Shown in pieces: positions 37,748 through 47,247 of a stretch of DNA of 64,000 bases; position 1 is the stretch's first letter; every line of letters starts with the position of its first letter. Source of the DNA: Nannocystales bacterium (GTDB lineage Bacteria; Myxococcota_A; Polyangia; Nannocystales; Nannocystaceae); contig JBOEGF010000008.1 in assembly GCA_050633305.1 (NCBI GenBank), positions 32,001 to 96,000 on the forward strand, read 5' to 3'. The notes beneath the pieces were generated by a model that saw nothing but the letters and a program-made list of their open reading frames with translations, ran no database searches and had not been told where the DNA came from. The position numbers and the translations under genes were made by a program.

Positions 37748-38428
37748 TCATGCCAAGCGAACAGACCCGGCCTCTTCGTCGCTCGACCCACGTCCACCGC
37801 CCGCGGAGAGCAGAGAGACAGCCTCAGGAGACAACGCAGCCCGACGACGTCCTGCGGCTCTCATTTTCGCGGAGACGGCGTAGCCATTGGCGCCAAGCGT
37901 TCGCTCGAGGAGGACTCCCACAGGGAGGTCGAACTGGAACACGAAGTTGCGGAGCAGCCAGATGTCGAGCGCGATCAGCTCGCGGAGTAGACCCGTCGAC
38001 GATTCAAGGGCGCTCTGGCGTCTCCCGCGGAGATCGGCCTGTGCCCGGCGAAGCGCCAACTGTTCCGCGGAGCCCAAGGACAACCGAACATGCATGCTGA
38101 CGCCCGCGGCAAAGAGTCGCCGAAACAACCGCAGCTGAGCCGCGCAGAGCCGTTGCGCGACAACCTCAAGACGGGAGGGGTCGAGGTCAGGCGGGAATCC
38201 CCAAGTTCCGCCTCCGTCGGGACCGTTGCACACGAGGACGCTGATCCGCGTGGTCCCTGGCGACGCGGTGGCGGCCGTGACCAGCGCCTGATCGACCCGC
38301 ATCGCAGCTCCGCCGGCCGTATCCAGCGCAGCCTCGGCGAGTCCGACCTCCACCTGGGGAGTCACCACGAGCACGTGTTCGTCGGCCTCGAGGTCGGCCA
38401 AAGGCCGGCGTTCAACGACCACGCTCAC
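37748..38428 (-). CDS. Hypothetical protein
   Basis: GTG start overlaps the stop of the upstream SBP-like gene (GTGA). Confidence 0.6.
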   Translation of the reverse strand: MSVVVERRPLADLEADEHVLVVTPQVEVGLAEAALDTAGGAAMRVDQALVTAATASPGTTRISVLVCNGPDGGGTWGFPPDLDPSRLEVVAQRLCAAQLRLFRRLFAAGVSMHVRLSLGSAEQLALRRAQADLRGRRQSALESSTGLLRELIALDIWLLRNFVFQFDLPVGVLLERTLGANGYAVSAKMRAAGRRRAALSPEAVSLLSAGGGRGSSDEEAGSVRLA

Positions 38429-39519
38429 GACAGCACCTCGGCGTCGGAGACATCGACGATGCCGCCTGCAAGGAGCCGCAGCGCTCGGACTCGGGGGCCG
38501 GTCACCATGACCGATGGCCCGTGGCACAGCGGAACAACCGAGGCGTAGCGGGCCGCGAGCGCTTCGATCTCAGCCGACGCCGATCCGCCACCGCGAGCGC
38601 GAACCTCGGCGAGTACACGGTCGATCTCCGGCTCGCGTATCCGGCCGAGATTGAAACTCGCCGCGAGGTCGCGGGGCCCCCCGGGGATCGACTCCGAATG
38701 CAGGAGTGCCTCGTAGAAGGAAATCGGGTCGAGATCGTCGGCGGACCAACCAACGAGAAACAGGTCGTAGTCTCCCGAGCACGCCCGCGAGAGGGCCTCG
38801 GCTGGCGTTGCTGCGGGTTTGATGGTGACTGCGACTCCGACCAGGGCCAGCGCCTCCGCGACCGCCTCACCCGCGCGCCACGGATCGGCGAGGTACGGAC
38901 GGGGAGCCCACGGGGTCAGCATCACGAGATCTCGACCCGCGAGTCGCTCGGGTGCAAACGCATCTTTGGCCTGGACCGGGTCAAAGGGCCACCAAGCTTC
39001 TGAAGGCCTCGATGATTGAAGAGACGGAGGCAGCAGTCCGAGCGCGGCGAACTCGGGGTCATCCGCGTGCGCTGCCGCGGCGATGTCGGCGTGGTTCAAG
39101 GCAGCGGCCAGAGACCTGCGAGCGCCCGCCGACGCGAGGCCTTCCGACTCCGTATTGAGGAACAACAGACCGGTATTGTCGCCAGGTCCGTGACGAACCG
39201 ACGCGTGCTCGAGACCACCGACAGCTTCCGCAGGCACATCTACGGAGACGTCAATTTCGCCCCGGTTGAAGGCAGCGATCAGCGCCTGCAACCCGCCCGC
39301 GTCACTCGGGAACGCGACGATGTGAACCTCTGGGATCGCAGGAAAGGCGCCGGCGGCCGGAACCAGTCGCACATGCTTTGGCTCGCTATCCTCCGAGAGG
39401 CGGTAGGGCCCCTTCGTGAGGGCAACCACTTGTGCCGCGGCTGTCGACATCGCCTCGCTTGCGACGAAGCTGGGCACGGGTGTGAGCGTGCCGATCGTCA
39501 GCGAGTTCCCGCGGGTCAC
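38425..39519 (-). CDS. Family 5 solute-binding-protein-like, shortened, no signal peptide
   Basis: LTIG, GPY.L, GEID, L.LN, R..LA.A.N, RPY, GDYD....GW.AD..DP. Confidence 0.75.
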   Translation of the reverse strand: MTRGNSLTIGTLTPVPSFVASEAMSTAAAQVVALTKGPYRLSEDSEPKHVRLVPAAGAFPAIPEVHIVAFPSDAGGLQALIAAFNRGEIDVSVDVPAEAVGGLEHASVRHGPGDNTGLLFLNTESEGLASAGARRSLAAALNHADIAAAAHADDPEFAALGLLPPSLQSSRPSEAWWPFDPVQAKDAFAPERLAGRDLVMLTPWAPRPYLADPWRAGEAVAEALALVGVAVTIKPAATPAEALSRACSGDYDLFLVGWSADDLDPISFYEALLHSESIPGGPRDLAASFNLGRIREPEIDRVLAEVRARGGGSASAEIEALAARYASVVPLCHGPSVMVTGPRVRALRLLAGGIVDVSDAEVLS

Positions 39520-39806
39520 ATCGCGCCCTGTGCGACGCTCCGCTCGCACAGGCAACGCCCTCGCCCAAGATGCCCGAGACGGGACCCCGAGACCGCGACC
39601 GTCCGCGATTGGAACCTCGGCCCGGGCACGACATGGCGCTCGTCTCTGAAGCCAAGGCCACGAGGGAGACGAGCAGCCGCGTTGCGGCGGGCCCATTGCC
39701 GCGGAGCCCAATGTGGGGCTCGACGGTCCGTAGAGTTGCCGCGTCGGCCGCGCGCGTTAGATCAACAGAAGGCAGCGCGAAACGGCGGGCCGAGGCGAGC
39801 GAGGCG

Positions 39807-40208
39807 ATGCCTACCATCCTGATTGTCGACGACGACCCATTCATTCTCCGAGCGCTCTCGCGCATGCTCAAGGCGGGCGGGTACGGAGTGGTGACGCACG
39901 ACTCGGGGTTCGGCCTCAGCGGGGTGGTCCGCAAGCACGACCCAGATCTCCTGTTGCTGGACGTCAACATGCCAGGCTTGAGCGGGGACGGGGCACTGTC
40001 CGCGTTGCACGCCTTGGCCAGCCGCTTCGGGACACTCCCGGTTCCAGTGGTCTTCCACAGCGGCCTGTCCGACGTCGAACTCACCGCGCTCGCGCGCTCG
40101 TGCGGTGCCAAGGGACACCTGTGCAAGCCTGCTCGAAGTGCTGAGGTCCTCGAAATGGTCCGACACGTGTTGCTCGAACGCCAGGGTGCAACCGGAACCG
40201 ACGACTGA
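39807..40208 (+). CDS. Single-domain response regulator (REC)
   Basis: ILIVDDD, PDLLLLDVNMP, S, KP. Confidence 0.92.
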   Translation: MPTILIVDDDPFILRALSRMLKAGGYGVVTHDSGFGLSGVVRKHDPDLLLLDVNMPGLSGDGALSALHALASRFGTLPVPVVFHSGLSDVELTALARSCGAKGHLCKPARSAEVLEMVRHVLLERQGATGTDD

Positions 40209-40244
40209 CCCAGTACGGTGCCGTTGTACTGCTGCCGGACGCCG

Positions 40245-40919
40245 TCATAGCGTTCTCAAGTAGTCGCGAAGTTCCCGGCCCGGTCGGCGGGGGAAGGTAT
40301 CGAGGGTCCGCAACGACTTGATGCGGTCTGCTCGGAAGTTGCGAAACCCGTCACGCTCCTCGCACCAGGCCGTGAGGACCCAGGCCATGTCGAACACGGT
40401 CAGACCCAGGACACACACGGTCCTGAGGCTCTCCTCCCCTTCGAGCGACTCGTACGAGATTCGAACCCGACGACGCTCGCGTACAGCAACGCGCAGCCGG
40501 CCTAGGTAACGTAGCGGACCTTTGGCCTGAGCCTTCTTCTTGGAATGGACCAGCAACGGGGCCTCGAGGTAGTGGCCCCGTTCATCCGCTGGCAGCACCG
40601 CTCGAATCTTGGACGCCGCGCGCTTCGCTGCACTCGCCAGGGCGTGGTCTCCCTGCGCCTCGGTCAGCCGCATCCCTAGGACGATCGCATCGAGTTCGTC
40701 ACGATCGAACTTCAACGGGGGCAGGAAGTAGCCCTCGTGGAGCATGTACCCGACGCCGCCCTCTCCGTGAATCGGAGCGCCGGCCTCGCGAAGCGTGTCC
40801 ATGTCCCGGTAGATCGTCCGGACAGACACCCCAAGTTCCTGCGCCAAGCTTGCCGCCGAGATCGGCTGCCTACGCACCCGGAGGTGGTCGAGGATCGCCA
40901 ACAAGCGAATAGCACGCAC
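40245..40919 (-). CDS. YafY-type HTH-WYL transcriptional regulator
   Basis: LAQELGVSVRTIYRD, GEGGVGY, W.L.AWCE.R..FRNFR.DRI. Confidence 0.93.
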   Translation of the reverse strand: MRAIRLLAILDHLRVRRQPISAASLAQELGVSVRTIYRDMDTLREAGAPIHGEGGVGYMLHEGYFLPPLKFDRDELDAIVLGMRLTEAQGDHALASAAKRAASKIRAVLPADERGHYLEAPLLVHSKKKAQAKGPLRYLGRLRVAVRERRRVRISYESLEGEESLRTVCVLGLTVFDMAWVLTAWCEERDGFRNFRADRIKSLRTLDTFPRRPGRELRDYLRTL

Positions 40920-40924
40920 CCTTC

Positions 40925-40949
40925 CACACTGACACTATCTGTCAGGGTG
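40925..40949. promoter_or_regulatory. Palindromic operator between the WYL regulator and the divergent gene
   Basis: CACaCTGACA-ctatc-TGTCAGgGTG. Confidence 0.65.
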
Positions 40950-40971
40950 CGTCCAGTAGGTTGGGCCCACG

Positions 40972-41601
40972 ATGACAGCACAGAGCGTTCGCACGATTGG
41001 ATTCGCCCGCTACCGCAAACACCCCGATGCCAACACAGAGGCCCTCGTGGATGCTTGCCGGACTTGGCGGCATGACTTCCTCGACCAGCAGCCTGGCATC
41101 CTCGCGCACCGCCTCCTGGGCAACCTGCATGGTCACTTCGCGGACGTGATCATGGCGGAGAGCCGCGAGAGCTTCGAGTCCATGGCCAAGGCACATCCCG
41201 AGGCGCCAAGCAGCAAGACCATGTTCGCTCTTCTGGACCCAAGTAGCATCGTCCTGCGAACCAACGACATCCTCGGTGGCGAACTACCGGTCCCGACCGA
41301 CTTCTCCTGTGTGGAGTACGGGACGTTCTCCCCCAAGGCCGACCGAGCACTCACAGACACAGAAGTCATCGAAGCGTCCGCCGAGGTCGAGCGCGACTAC
41401 CTCTCGAGGCACGCAGATGGGCGCGGGCATGTCGTGGCGCGGGTCGACACACAGACCTACGCCGAGATCGCATTTGTGCGCACGCTCGGCTCCGCCCGGG
41501 CGATCTGCGGCGGCTACGTCGACGACCCCGCCTGCGCAAACCTGCTTGGCCTCTTCGACCCGGACAGTGTGGACCTGGATTTTTGGTACGTGCTCGCGTG
41601 A
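40972..41601 (+). CDS. Hypothetical protein, two tandem ABM/dimeric alpha-beta-barrel-like units
   Basis: Repeated ...DFL.QQPG / DYL..H.DG segments. Divergent from the WYL regulator. Confidence 0.7.
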   Translation: MTAQSVRTIGFARYRKHPDANTEALVDACRTWRHDFLDQQPGILAHRLLGNLHGHFADVIMAESRESFESMAKAHPEAPSSKTMFALLDPSSIVLRTNDILGGELPVPTDFSCVEYGTFSPKADRALTDTEVIEASAEVERDYLSRHADGRGHVVARVDTQTYAEIAFVRTLGSARAICGGYVDDPACANLLGLFDPDSVDLDFWYVLA

Positions 41602-41810
41602 CCGTCGCAGCCCGGGTGCGATCTCGTGGAAGGCCGCGAGATCGCCGTCCGAGCGCCCAGGTCGAAGTCGGTGGACGCACCGCAGAGGCCGCTGAACAGA
41701 CCCATGTCGTTGCCCGGAGGACAACGACTCGTGCAGGCCACCTCGCAGTTCCCTGCAGCCGTGCAGGATGAGCCGACGAACTCAGGGCCGCAGCGGCGCT
41801 GCAGGAGCGG

Positions 41811-43151
41811 CTAGACCAAGCCGGGGATTGCACCCGTGGTGCTGTCGGCCCAGCCAAACGTCTCGCCGGGAAAGCCAAACATCTCGAGCAACGACGCGCA
41901 CAAGTCCCCGAAGGTTTGCTGGTTGCCAAACGCGAGGTGCCGGCCGCCCTCAAGACCCATGTTGCCGCCACCGAACATCACCAGCGGAAGGTCGTTGGAG
42001 TCATGGGCGGCGCCGTCGCCGAACTCACTGCCCCAAAGGACCACCGTGTTGTCGAGCAGGGTTCCGTCCCCTTCGTCGACCGCGGCAAGCTTGCTCACGA
42101 ACTCGGCGACCGCCGACGCGTACCACTGAAACACCGAGATCATCGCGGGACGACCCTCTGGCGTGTCTCGGGCGCCGTGGATCATCTCGTGCCAAAGGCC
42201 CCACTCGCCGGGGATGTTCTCTCCCAACCAGGGGAATCGAGGGGTATGGCCCGACGAGAAGGTCAGGGTCGCAACCCGCGTCAGTCCGCACGCGAGCGAC
42301 ATCGCCGCCAGCTCAGACATGAGCGGCGCGGTGATGTTGTCGTAGTCGTGATTCGTCTCGTAGTCCTCCGGCGTCGTGACGTCCGGCGCGTCACACTCGA
42401 GCGGAGCAAGGTCGAGCATCTTTTCGAGTTCCCGAATCTTCTCAGCGTGGGCTTCGAGGCGTTGCTTGTCCTGCGTCGAGACCCGCCCGGACAGACCGTC
42501 GAAGTCCTCGATGACCGCGTCGAGCACACTCGCCCGCGTGCTTCGAATTCTCTGAATTGTCGTGGGGGCCTCGGTTTTCTCGAAGTCCGAGAAGAGCCGC
42601 TCAAACGCCGCTTGTGGGCTTCGTTCGAGCGTCACCGGGTCGGCGGGGCCGGCGAAGTGGAGCGAGGATTGGGTTCCGCCGCCGATCGAGAGGTCGACCG
42701 ACGTGTGCGGTGTGCCCTCTCCGATTCGCTGTGCGAGTTCCTGGTCGATCGACGGCCCGGCCGCACTCGTCTGCGAGCTGTGCGAGAACGCCAAGGAGCC
42801 GTCCTTCTGGATGTTCCCCAGCATCGGCATGGCCGTCAGCAGCGTCTTTCCAGAGACACCATGCCCGGCCCCCAAGAGGTTGGTGATCCCGTTGTCGATT
42901 CCCGACAACACATTGATCTGGTCTTGCAAGGGCGCGAGGGGTTCGAGCACAGTCGGCAGCGTGAAGTTGTTGCCGGTCTGCGCGGGCAGCCACGCGTCCG
43001 GGATTGTGCCTTGCGGGTGCATGATCGTGACGAACCGCTTGGGAGAGCCCATCGCCCCCCCTGCCTTGACACGCTGAGACTCGAGAAAGGGCAGGCCCAC
43101 CAGGACCCCACCAGCACCACGGAGAAACGTTCTACGTTGCATTCGATTCAC
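41811..43151 (-). CDS. DUF1552 protein (Tat signal)
   Basis: RRTFLRGAG...LPFLES, PSIDQ, P..AF.RLF, TRVATL, GTLLDNT. Confidence 0.92.
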   Translation of the reverse strand: MNRMQRRTFLRGAGGVLVGLPFLESQRVKAGGAMGSPKRFVTIMHPQGTIPDAWLPAQTGNNFTLPTVLEPLAPLQDQINVLSGIDNGITNLLGAGHGVSGKTLLTAMPMLGNIQKDGSLAFSHSSQTSAAGPSIDQELAQRIGEGTPHTSVDLSIGGGTQSSLHFAGPADPVTLERSPQAAFERLFSDFEKTEAPTTIQRIRSTRASVLDAVIEDFDGLSGRVSTQDKQRLEAHAEKIRELEKMLDLAPLECDAPDVTTPEDYETNHDYDNITAPLMSELAAMSLACGLTRVATLTFSSGHTPRFPWLGENIPGEWGLWHEMIHGARDTPEGRPAMISVFQWYASAVAEFVSKLAAVDEGDGTLLDNTVVLWGSEFGDGAAHDSNDLPLVMFGGGNMGLEGGRHLAFGNQQTFGDLCASLLEMFGFPGETFGWADSTTGAIPGLV

Positions 43152-44887
43152 TCTTTCTCAGCGGTGACGCGGTAGAGGAAGGCGTCGCTGGTCAACAAGG
43201 CGAGGAGGGCTTCGTCGAGGGTGGAGTCGGCGTCGACGAACTGCGCGGTCACATCCTGGACCACACACTCGTCCTCGGACTCGGCGTGCCTGCCCCAGCT
43301 GTACTGAATCCACTGACTCACGTAGCAGTCGCGGGTCGCGTCGCGCTCCGCGAGCGCGGTTCCGAGTTCCTGCGCGCCGACGAACTCCACACGGTCAGAG
43401 CCCTCCACCACGCCTGAGGCATCGACAGGGTCTCCATTCTCGTCCAGTGCTCGCCACGCACCCACAGCGTCGTAGTGCTCCAGACCGAGGCCGATCGGGT
43501 TCATCAAGACGTGGCAACTCGCGCAGGTCGGCTCCGCAGACAACAACGCCCACTTCTCTCGCTCGGTCGAACCCGCGGGAAACTCGACCGAAGCCTCGGC
43601 GTCCGGCGGCGGCGGCGGGAGCACGTTGCACAGGAACTGCTCACGAACCAGGAGGCCGCGCTCGATGGCGTTGGTTGTCCGTTCCGCCGAGTTCGAGGCG
43701 AGAACCAGCGGCAGCGTCAACACGCCCGCGCGCTCTTGGTCTGCGAGGTCGATGTCCCACCACGAATCCTCGGCGGCGGGATCGACGTCTACGCCGTAGT
43801 GCGCCGCCAACGTAGAGTCGACCTCGGTCGTGGTGCTGGTGAGCAGATCGCGGAGCGTGCCGCCATCGTGCAGCCGTCCCACGGTTCGAGACAGCTCTTC
43901 GCGCATCGACGCGATCAGGGCATCGCTGAAGTCGGGGAACTGCTCGGGGTCCTTTGCGCTCTCGTCGAGTTGCCCAGCGTGCAGCCACTCGGTGTAGAAC
44001 CGAGACAGCCCCTGGCTAGCCTCTGGGGACGCGAGCATGCGCTCGATCTCCTCGCGGATCTCCTCGGGATCCTGGAGCCTCCCCGCATCCGCAGCCTCGC
44101 GTAGCGCCGTGTCCGGTGGTCCGTCCCACAGGAGGTAGGACAGCCGTGCCGCGACCTCGTGATCGGTCAGCCGAACCAGTCCCGGCTCGTCCGGAACCGG
44201 GACGCCCTCCTCCACGAGGTACAAGAACTGCGGCATCTGAAGCGCAGCCGCAACGACCGCTGCAACGCCGACAGGATGGTCTTCGTTCGCGGAGACCTCG
44301 TCATAGACCAACTTCAAGAGCTGGTGCTCGTCATCGCGGAGAGGTCGCCGAAATGCCCGCGCACCGAAGTCCTCGATAAAGATGTCGGCACACGTAGACG
44401 CCTCTTCAGCACACGGGGCAAGCGTGTCGAGTTGGTCGGCAACACTCGCAGCAACCGACTCAGCGGACATCTGGATCTGCTCGGCCGAGAGCTGCGAGAC
44501 GACGTTCTTGTTGGGGTCGTTGCTGTAGCCGCCCAACGCAGGGTCGGTCTGGGGAAACGTTTCGCCGGGGTCCACTGCCCCGCCGAAGAGTGCTTCGATG
44601 GTGTTTCGATACTGCACCGCGGTCAGTCGACGCATCGGCGCGCTACCTAGGCTCGTGGCACCACAAGCAGCCGGAGCGTCGGGCTCGTTGTCGCCGTCGT
44701 CACCGCTCGATCCGTCGCCGGGCCCAGTCGTCCCCGGGTCACCCGAGTCCGCGCCGTCGGTCGCGTCCGGCATCTCGGCGTCGACCATCTCGACGCCCTC
44801 GTAGCATCCGAGAATCCCCGAAGACGCGGTCGCAACCAGTGCGAGCCGAAGCCTGCTTCGGATTCGTGTTCTCTGCCCCACGTGCAC
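43148..44887 (-). CDS. DUF1587/1595/1592/1588/1585 lipoprotein
   Basis: ILGC lipobox, RRLT..QY.NT, RAFRRP, RLSYLLW..PPD, RG..V...LC..LP.PP, CASCH..MNP.G..LE.YD.VG. Confidence 0.92.
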   Translation of the reverse strand: MHVGQRTRIRSRLRLALVATASSGILGCYEGVEMVDAEMPDATDGADSGDPGTTGPGDGSSGDDGDNEPDAPAACGATSLGSAPMRRLTAVQYRNTIEALFGGAVDPGETFPQTDPALGGYSNDPNKNVVSQLSAEQIQMSAESVAASVADQLDTLAPCAEEASTCADIFIEDFGARAFRRPLRDDEHQLLKLVYDEVSANEDHPVGVAAVVAAALQMPQFLYLVEEGVPVPDEPGLVRLTDHEVAARLSYLLWDGPPDTALREAADAGRLQDPEEIREEIERMLASPEASQGLSRFYTEWLHAGQLDESAKDPEQFPDFSDALIASMREELSRTVGRLHDGGTLRDLLTSTTTEVDSTLAAHYGVDVDPAAEDSWWDIDLADQERAGVLTLPLVLASNSAERTTNAIERGLLVREQFLCNVLPPPPPDAEASVEFPAGSTEREKWALLSAEPTCASCHVLMNPIGLGLEHYDAVGAWRALDENGDPVDASGVVEGSDRVEFVGAQELGTALAERDATRDCYVSQWIQYSWGRHAESEDECVVQDVTAQFVDADSTLDEALLALLTSDAFLYRVTAEKE

Positions 44888-44934
44888 GAGGGCCCAGTTG
44901 CGCGAGCCCCAAGGATGTCACGCGGTTTTTTCGA

Positions 44935-45807
44935 TTACCGCTCTCGGCGCCCGCGGGCCACGTAGTGAACGATTCCCGCGACGACAAGCGCTCCCCCCAC
45001 ACACAGCGTCGCGATCCCCGCGATGTCGAGTCGGCGCGCGAGCTCGATATCGTCCGAGAATCGGGCTTCGTCGTCGTTTGCCGCGTTACGAAAGCGAAGC
45101 CGAGAGGCGAGGAGAACTCCACCGCCCGCGAGCGCCACACCCAATCCCGCGCCACCGAGGCCCGCGGACAGGGGGTCGATACGACGTGGCGATTGGGGTT
45201 CAGTCACAACAGTGGGGGCAGGCGGCACCATCACCGCTGCCGTGGGAGGCGGGACGACGGGAGGCGGAGGAGCCCCACACGACTCGAGCTCGCGACGTGC
45301 GGACTCCAGTCGCGGCGAGAACGGGGCCTGCAGTGCGAACGCATCGATGAGCGCCGCGGCGGAGTCGCAGTCTTCGTCCGCGATCTCCACCGAAGCTCGA
45401 GCGAGGAGCAGCTCGGGCGAAGCCGGTGTCGCGCCGAGTTCCATCAGTCGGCGGCGGGCGTCGTCGTAGTCCCCAGCCTTTACATCGGCATGCGCTGCGC
45501 CGATCGCTTGCAACATCACACGACATTCTCCGGCCCATGCCCGGGCGTCTTCTCGGGCCTTAGGAGCCTCGTTGAGGGCGATAAACCGCTCGTAGAGCTC
45601 TTCCGCGCGTGCACAGTCCCCGCCTGCCCGTGCCGCTTGAGCCTGCCCATAGATGTAACGCGGCGCGGGATCGAGAGCGTGCGCCCGTCGCAGAGCCTCG
45701 GCGGCGGCCTCGTAGTCACGCTTCTCGAAGGCCGCACTCGCGGCTTCAGTGTGCTCGCCCGCAGTGGGGGCGGCGAGCGTCAGCGACATCACCAAGCGCA
45801 GCAGCAC
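44935..45807 (-). CDS. TPR protein with Pro-rich linker and C-terminal hydrophobic segments
   Basis: Signal-like N-terminus, TPR helices, two Gly-rich hydrophobic helices. Confidence 0.75.
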   Translation of the reverse strand: MLLRLVMSLTLAAPTAGEHTEAASAAFEKRDYEAAAEALRRAHALDPAPRYIYGQAQAARAGGDCARAEELYERFIALNEAPKAREDARAWAGECRVMLQAIGAAHADVKAGDYDDARRRLMELGATPASPELLLARASVEIADEDCDSAAALIDAFALQAPFSPRLESARRELESCGAPPPPVVPPPTAAVMVPPAPTVVTEPQSPRRIDPLSAGLGGAGLGVALAGGGVLLASRLRFRNAANDDEARFSDDIELARRLDIAGIATLCVGGALVVAGIVHYVARGRRER

Positions 45808-45831
45808 GGCGGGGACGATACAAGATCCGGC

Positions 45832-47244
45832 TCATTCGGGCTCGGGGAAGAGTCCATCTCTACTCCGCGGCGACTCACTACGGCGGCGTTTCTTCCCCGA
45901 TGCCTTCTTTCTGCGACGGCGCTTCGGGGTCCGCGGAGCCAACTCGACAGACGCGTCATCAGAGCCAACGGTCGGCGTCCCGCCAGGGGCTTCAGGCACC
46001 GGCTCCTCCACCACCGCACCCAGGTCCGGAGGAGCACTCGGCGGAGGGTCCTGCGGACCGGGGACGTCACCATCGACCGTGGCGGACGTCTCGGGAGGCA
46101 CCGAGGGTGCCCCGCCTGCGATAGCCTCAGAGCCGTCCAGCCGGGCCACAGCCCAGCCCCCGCCGAGGGCACCAGCGATGGCGAGCGCTGCGAGGCCGAC
46201 GCGCAGGGGCGTGCGGGAACGAACCCTCTCAGACACGGTCGGATTCGACGCAGCCATGTCGAGTTGGGTCCAGTCGGTGGCTGTCGGCGGCGGCGGCGTC
46301 TCGAAGAGCGTTCCCAGCAGACTCTTGAGGGTGAGCGCCGAGGTATCCAGCCGGGCTTCTCGTGCGAACTCTTCAAGCTCGCGCAGCATCACCGATGCGC
46401 TCTCGTACCGGTCTTCGACCTTGCGATGAAGCGCCTTCTCGATGATCCGCTCCAGTGCAGGAGGGTAGTCCGGAACGGCTTCGGAGGGCGGCACGTACTC
46501 CACCCGCGAGATCCGGTTCATCACGGACAAGTCGTTGTTTCCCGCGAACATACGGAACCCCGTGGTGACCTCGTACAAGAGAATCCCAAGGGCGAACACG
46601 TCGCTGCGGTGGTCGACGGGGAGCCCGTTGCACTGTTCTGGGGACATATACCCCCGTTTCCCCTTGATCGTGCCCGACTCGGTCACTGCCGGGATTTCGG
46701 ACGCTTTCGCGATTCCGAAGTCGACCACCTTCACGACGCCGTCGAATCGCAACAGCACGTTGGATGGCGAGATGTCGCGGTGAACGATCCCGAGCCGACG
46801 CCCCTGTGCATCGACACTCTCGTGGGCGTAGAGCGCTGCCGCGCAAACCTCGATGGCGATCCCGACCGCGCACCCCAGCGGCAGAGGCCTGCTCTCCTGG
46901 GCCGCGCGGCGGAGAACCTGACGAAGGTCACGGCCGTGCACGTACTCCATCTCGATGAAGTACCGCTCATCAACTTTGCCAACGCTGAAGACCTGAGCGA
47001 TGCTCGGGTGGTGCAGGTTGCTCGCGATCCGGGCCTCACGCAGAAACATCTCCGCGAACGTGGGGTCGTCTGCGAGATGAGGGAGGACCAACTTCAGTGC
47101 GACGAGTCGCTCGACACCGAGCTTCTCGATCCGCGCGAGGAAGAGCTCTGCCATGCCTCCACGCCCCACACGCTCAAGCAACGTGTAGGACCCGAAGCGG
47201 CGCAGCGGCACCTCGACGTCCGGTTCAACCAACGGGCTCAGCAT
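45832..47244 (-). CDS. Membrane Ser/Thr protein kinase
   Basis: GRGGMA, VALK, HRDISPSN, DFG, GK.GYMSPE, TM helix, Pro/Lys-rich tail. Confidence 0.95.
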   Translation of the reverse strand: MLSPLVEPDVEVPLRRFGSYTLLERVGRGGMAELFLARIEKLGVERLVALKLVLPHLADDPTFAEMFLREARIASNLHHPSIAQVFSVGKVDERYFIEMEYVHGRDLRQVLRRAAQESRPLPLGCAVGIAIEVCAAALYAHESVDAQGRRLGIVHRDISPSNVLLRFDGVVKVVDFGIAKASEIPAVTESGTIKGKRGYMSPEQCNGLPVDHRSDVFALGILLYEVTTGFRMFAGNNDLSVMNRISRVEYVPPSEAVPDYPPALERIIEKALHRKVEDRYESASVMLRELEEFAREARLDTSALTLKSLLGTLFETPPPPTATDWTQLDMAASNPTVSERVRSRTPLRVGLAALAIAGALGGGWAVARLDGSEAIAGGAPSVPPETSATVDGDVPGPQDPPPSAPPDLGAVVEEPVPEAPGGTPTVGSDDASVELAPRTPKRRRRKKASGKKRRRSESPRSRDGLFPEPE

Positions 47245-47247
47245 AGC

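Noticed and set aside
44590..47247. N-terminal 886 aa of the 1358-aa ORF
   Set aside because: Antisense to the kinase and TPR genes. Only the part from about 47248 looks like a real protein.
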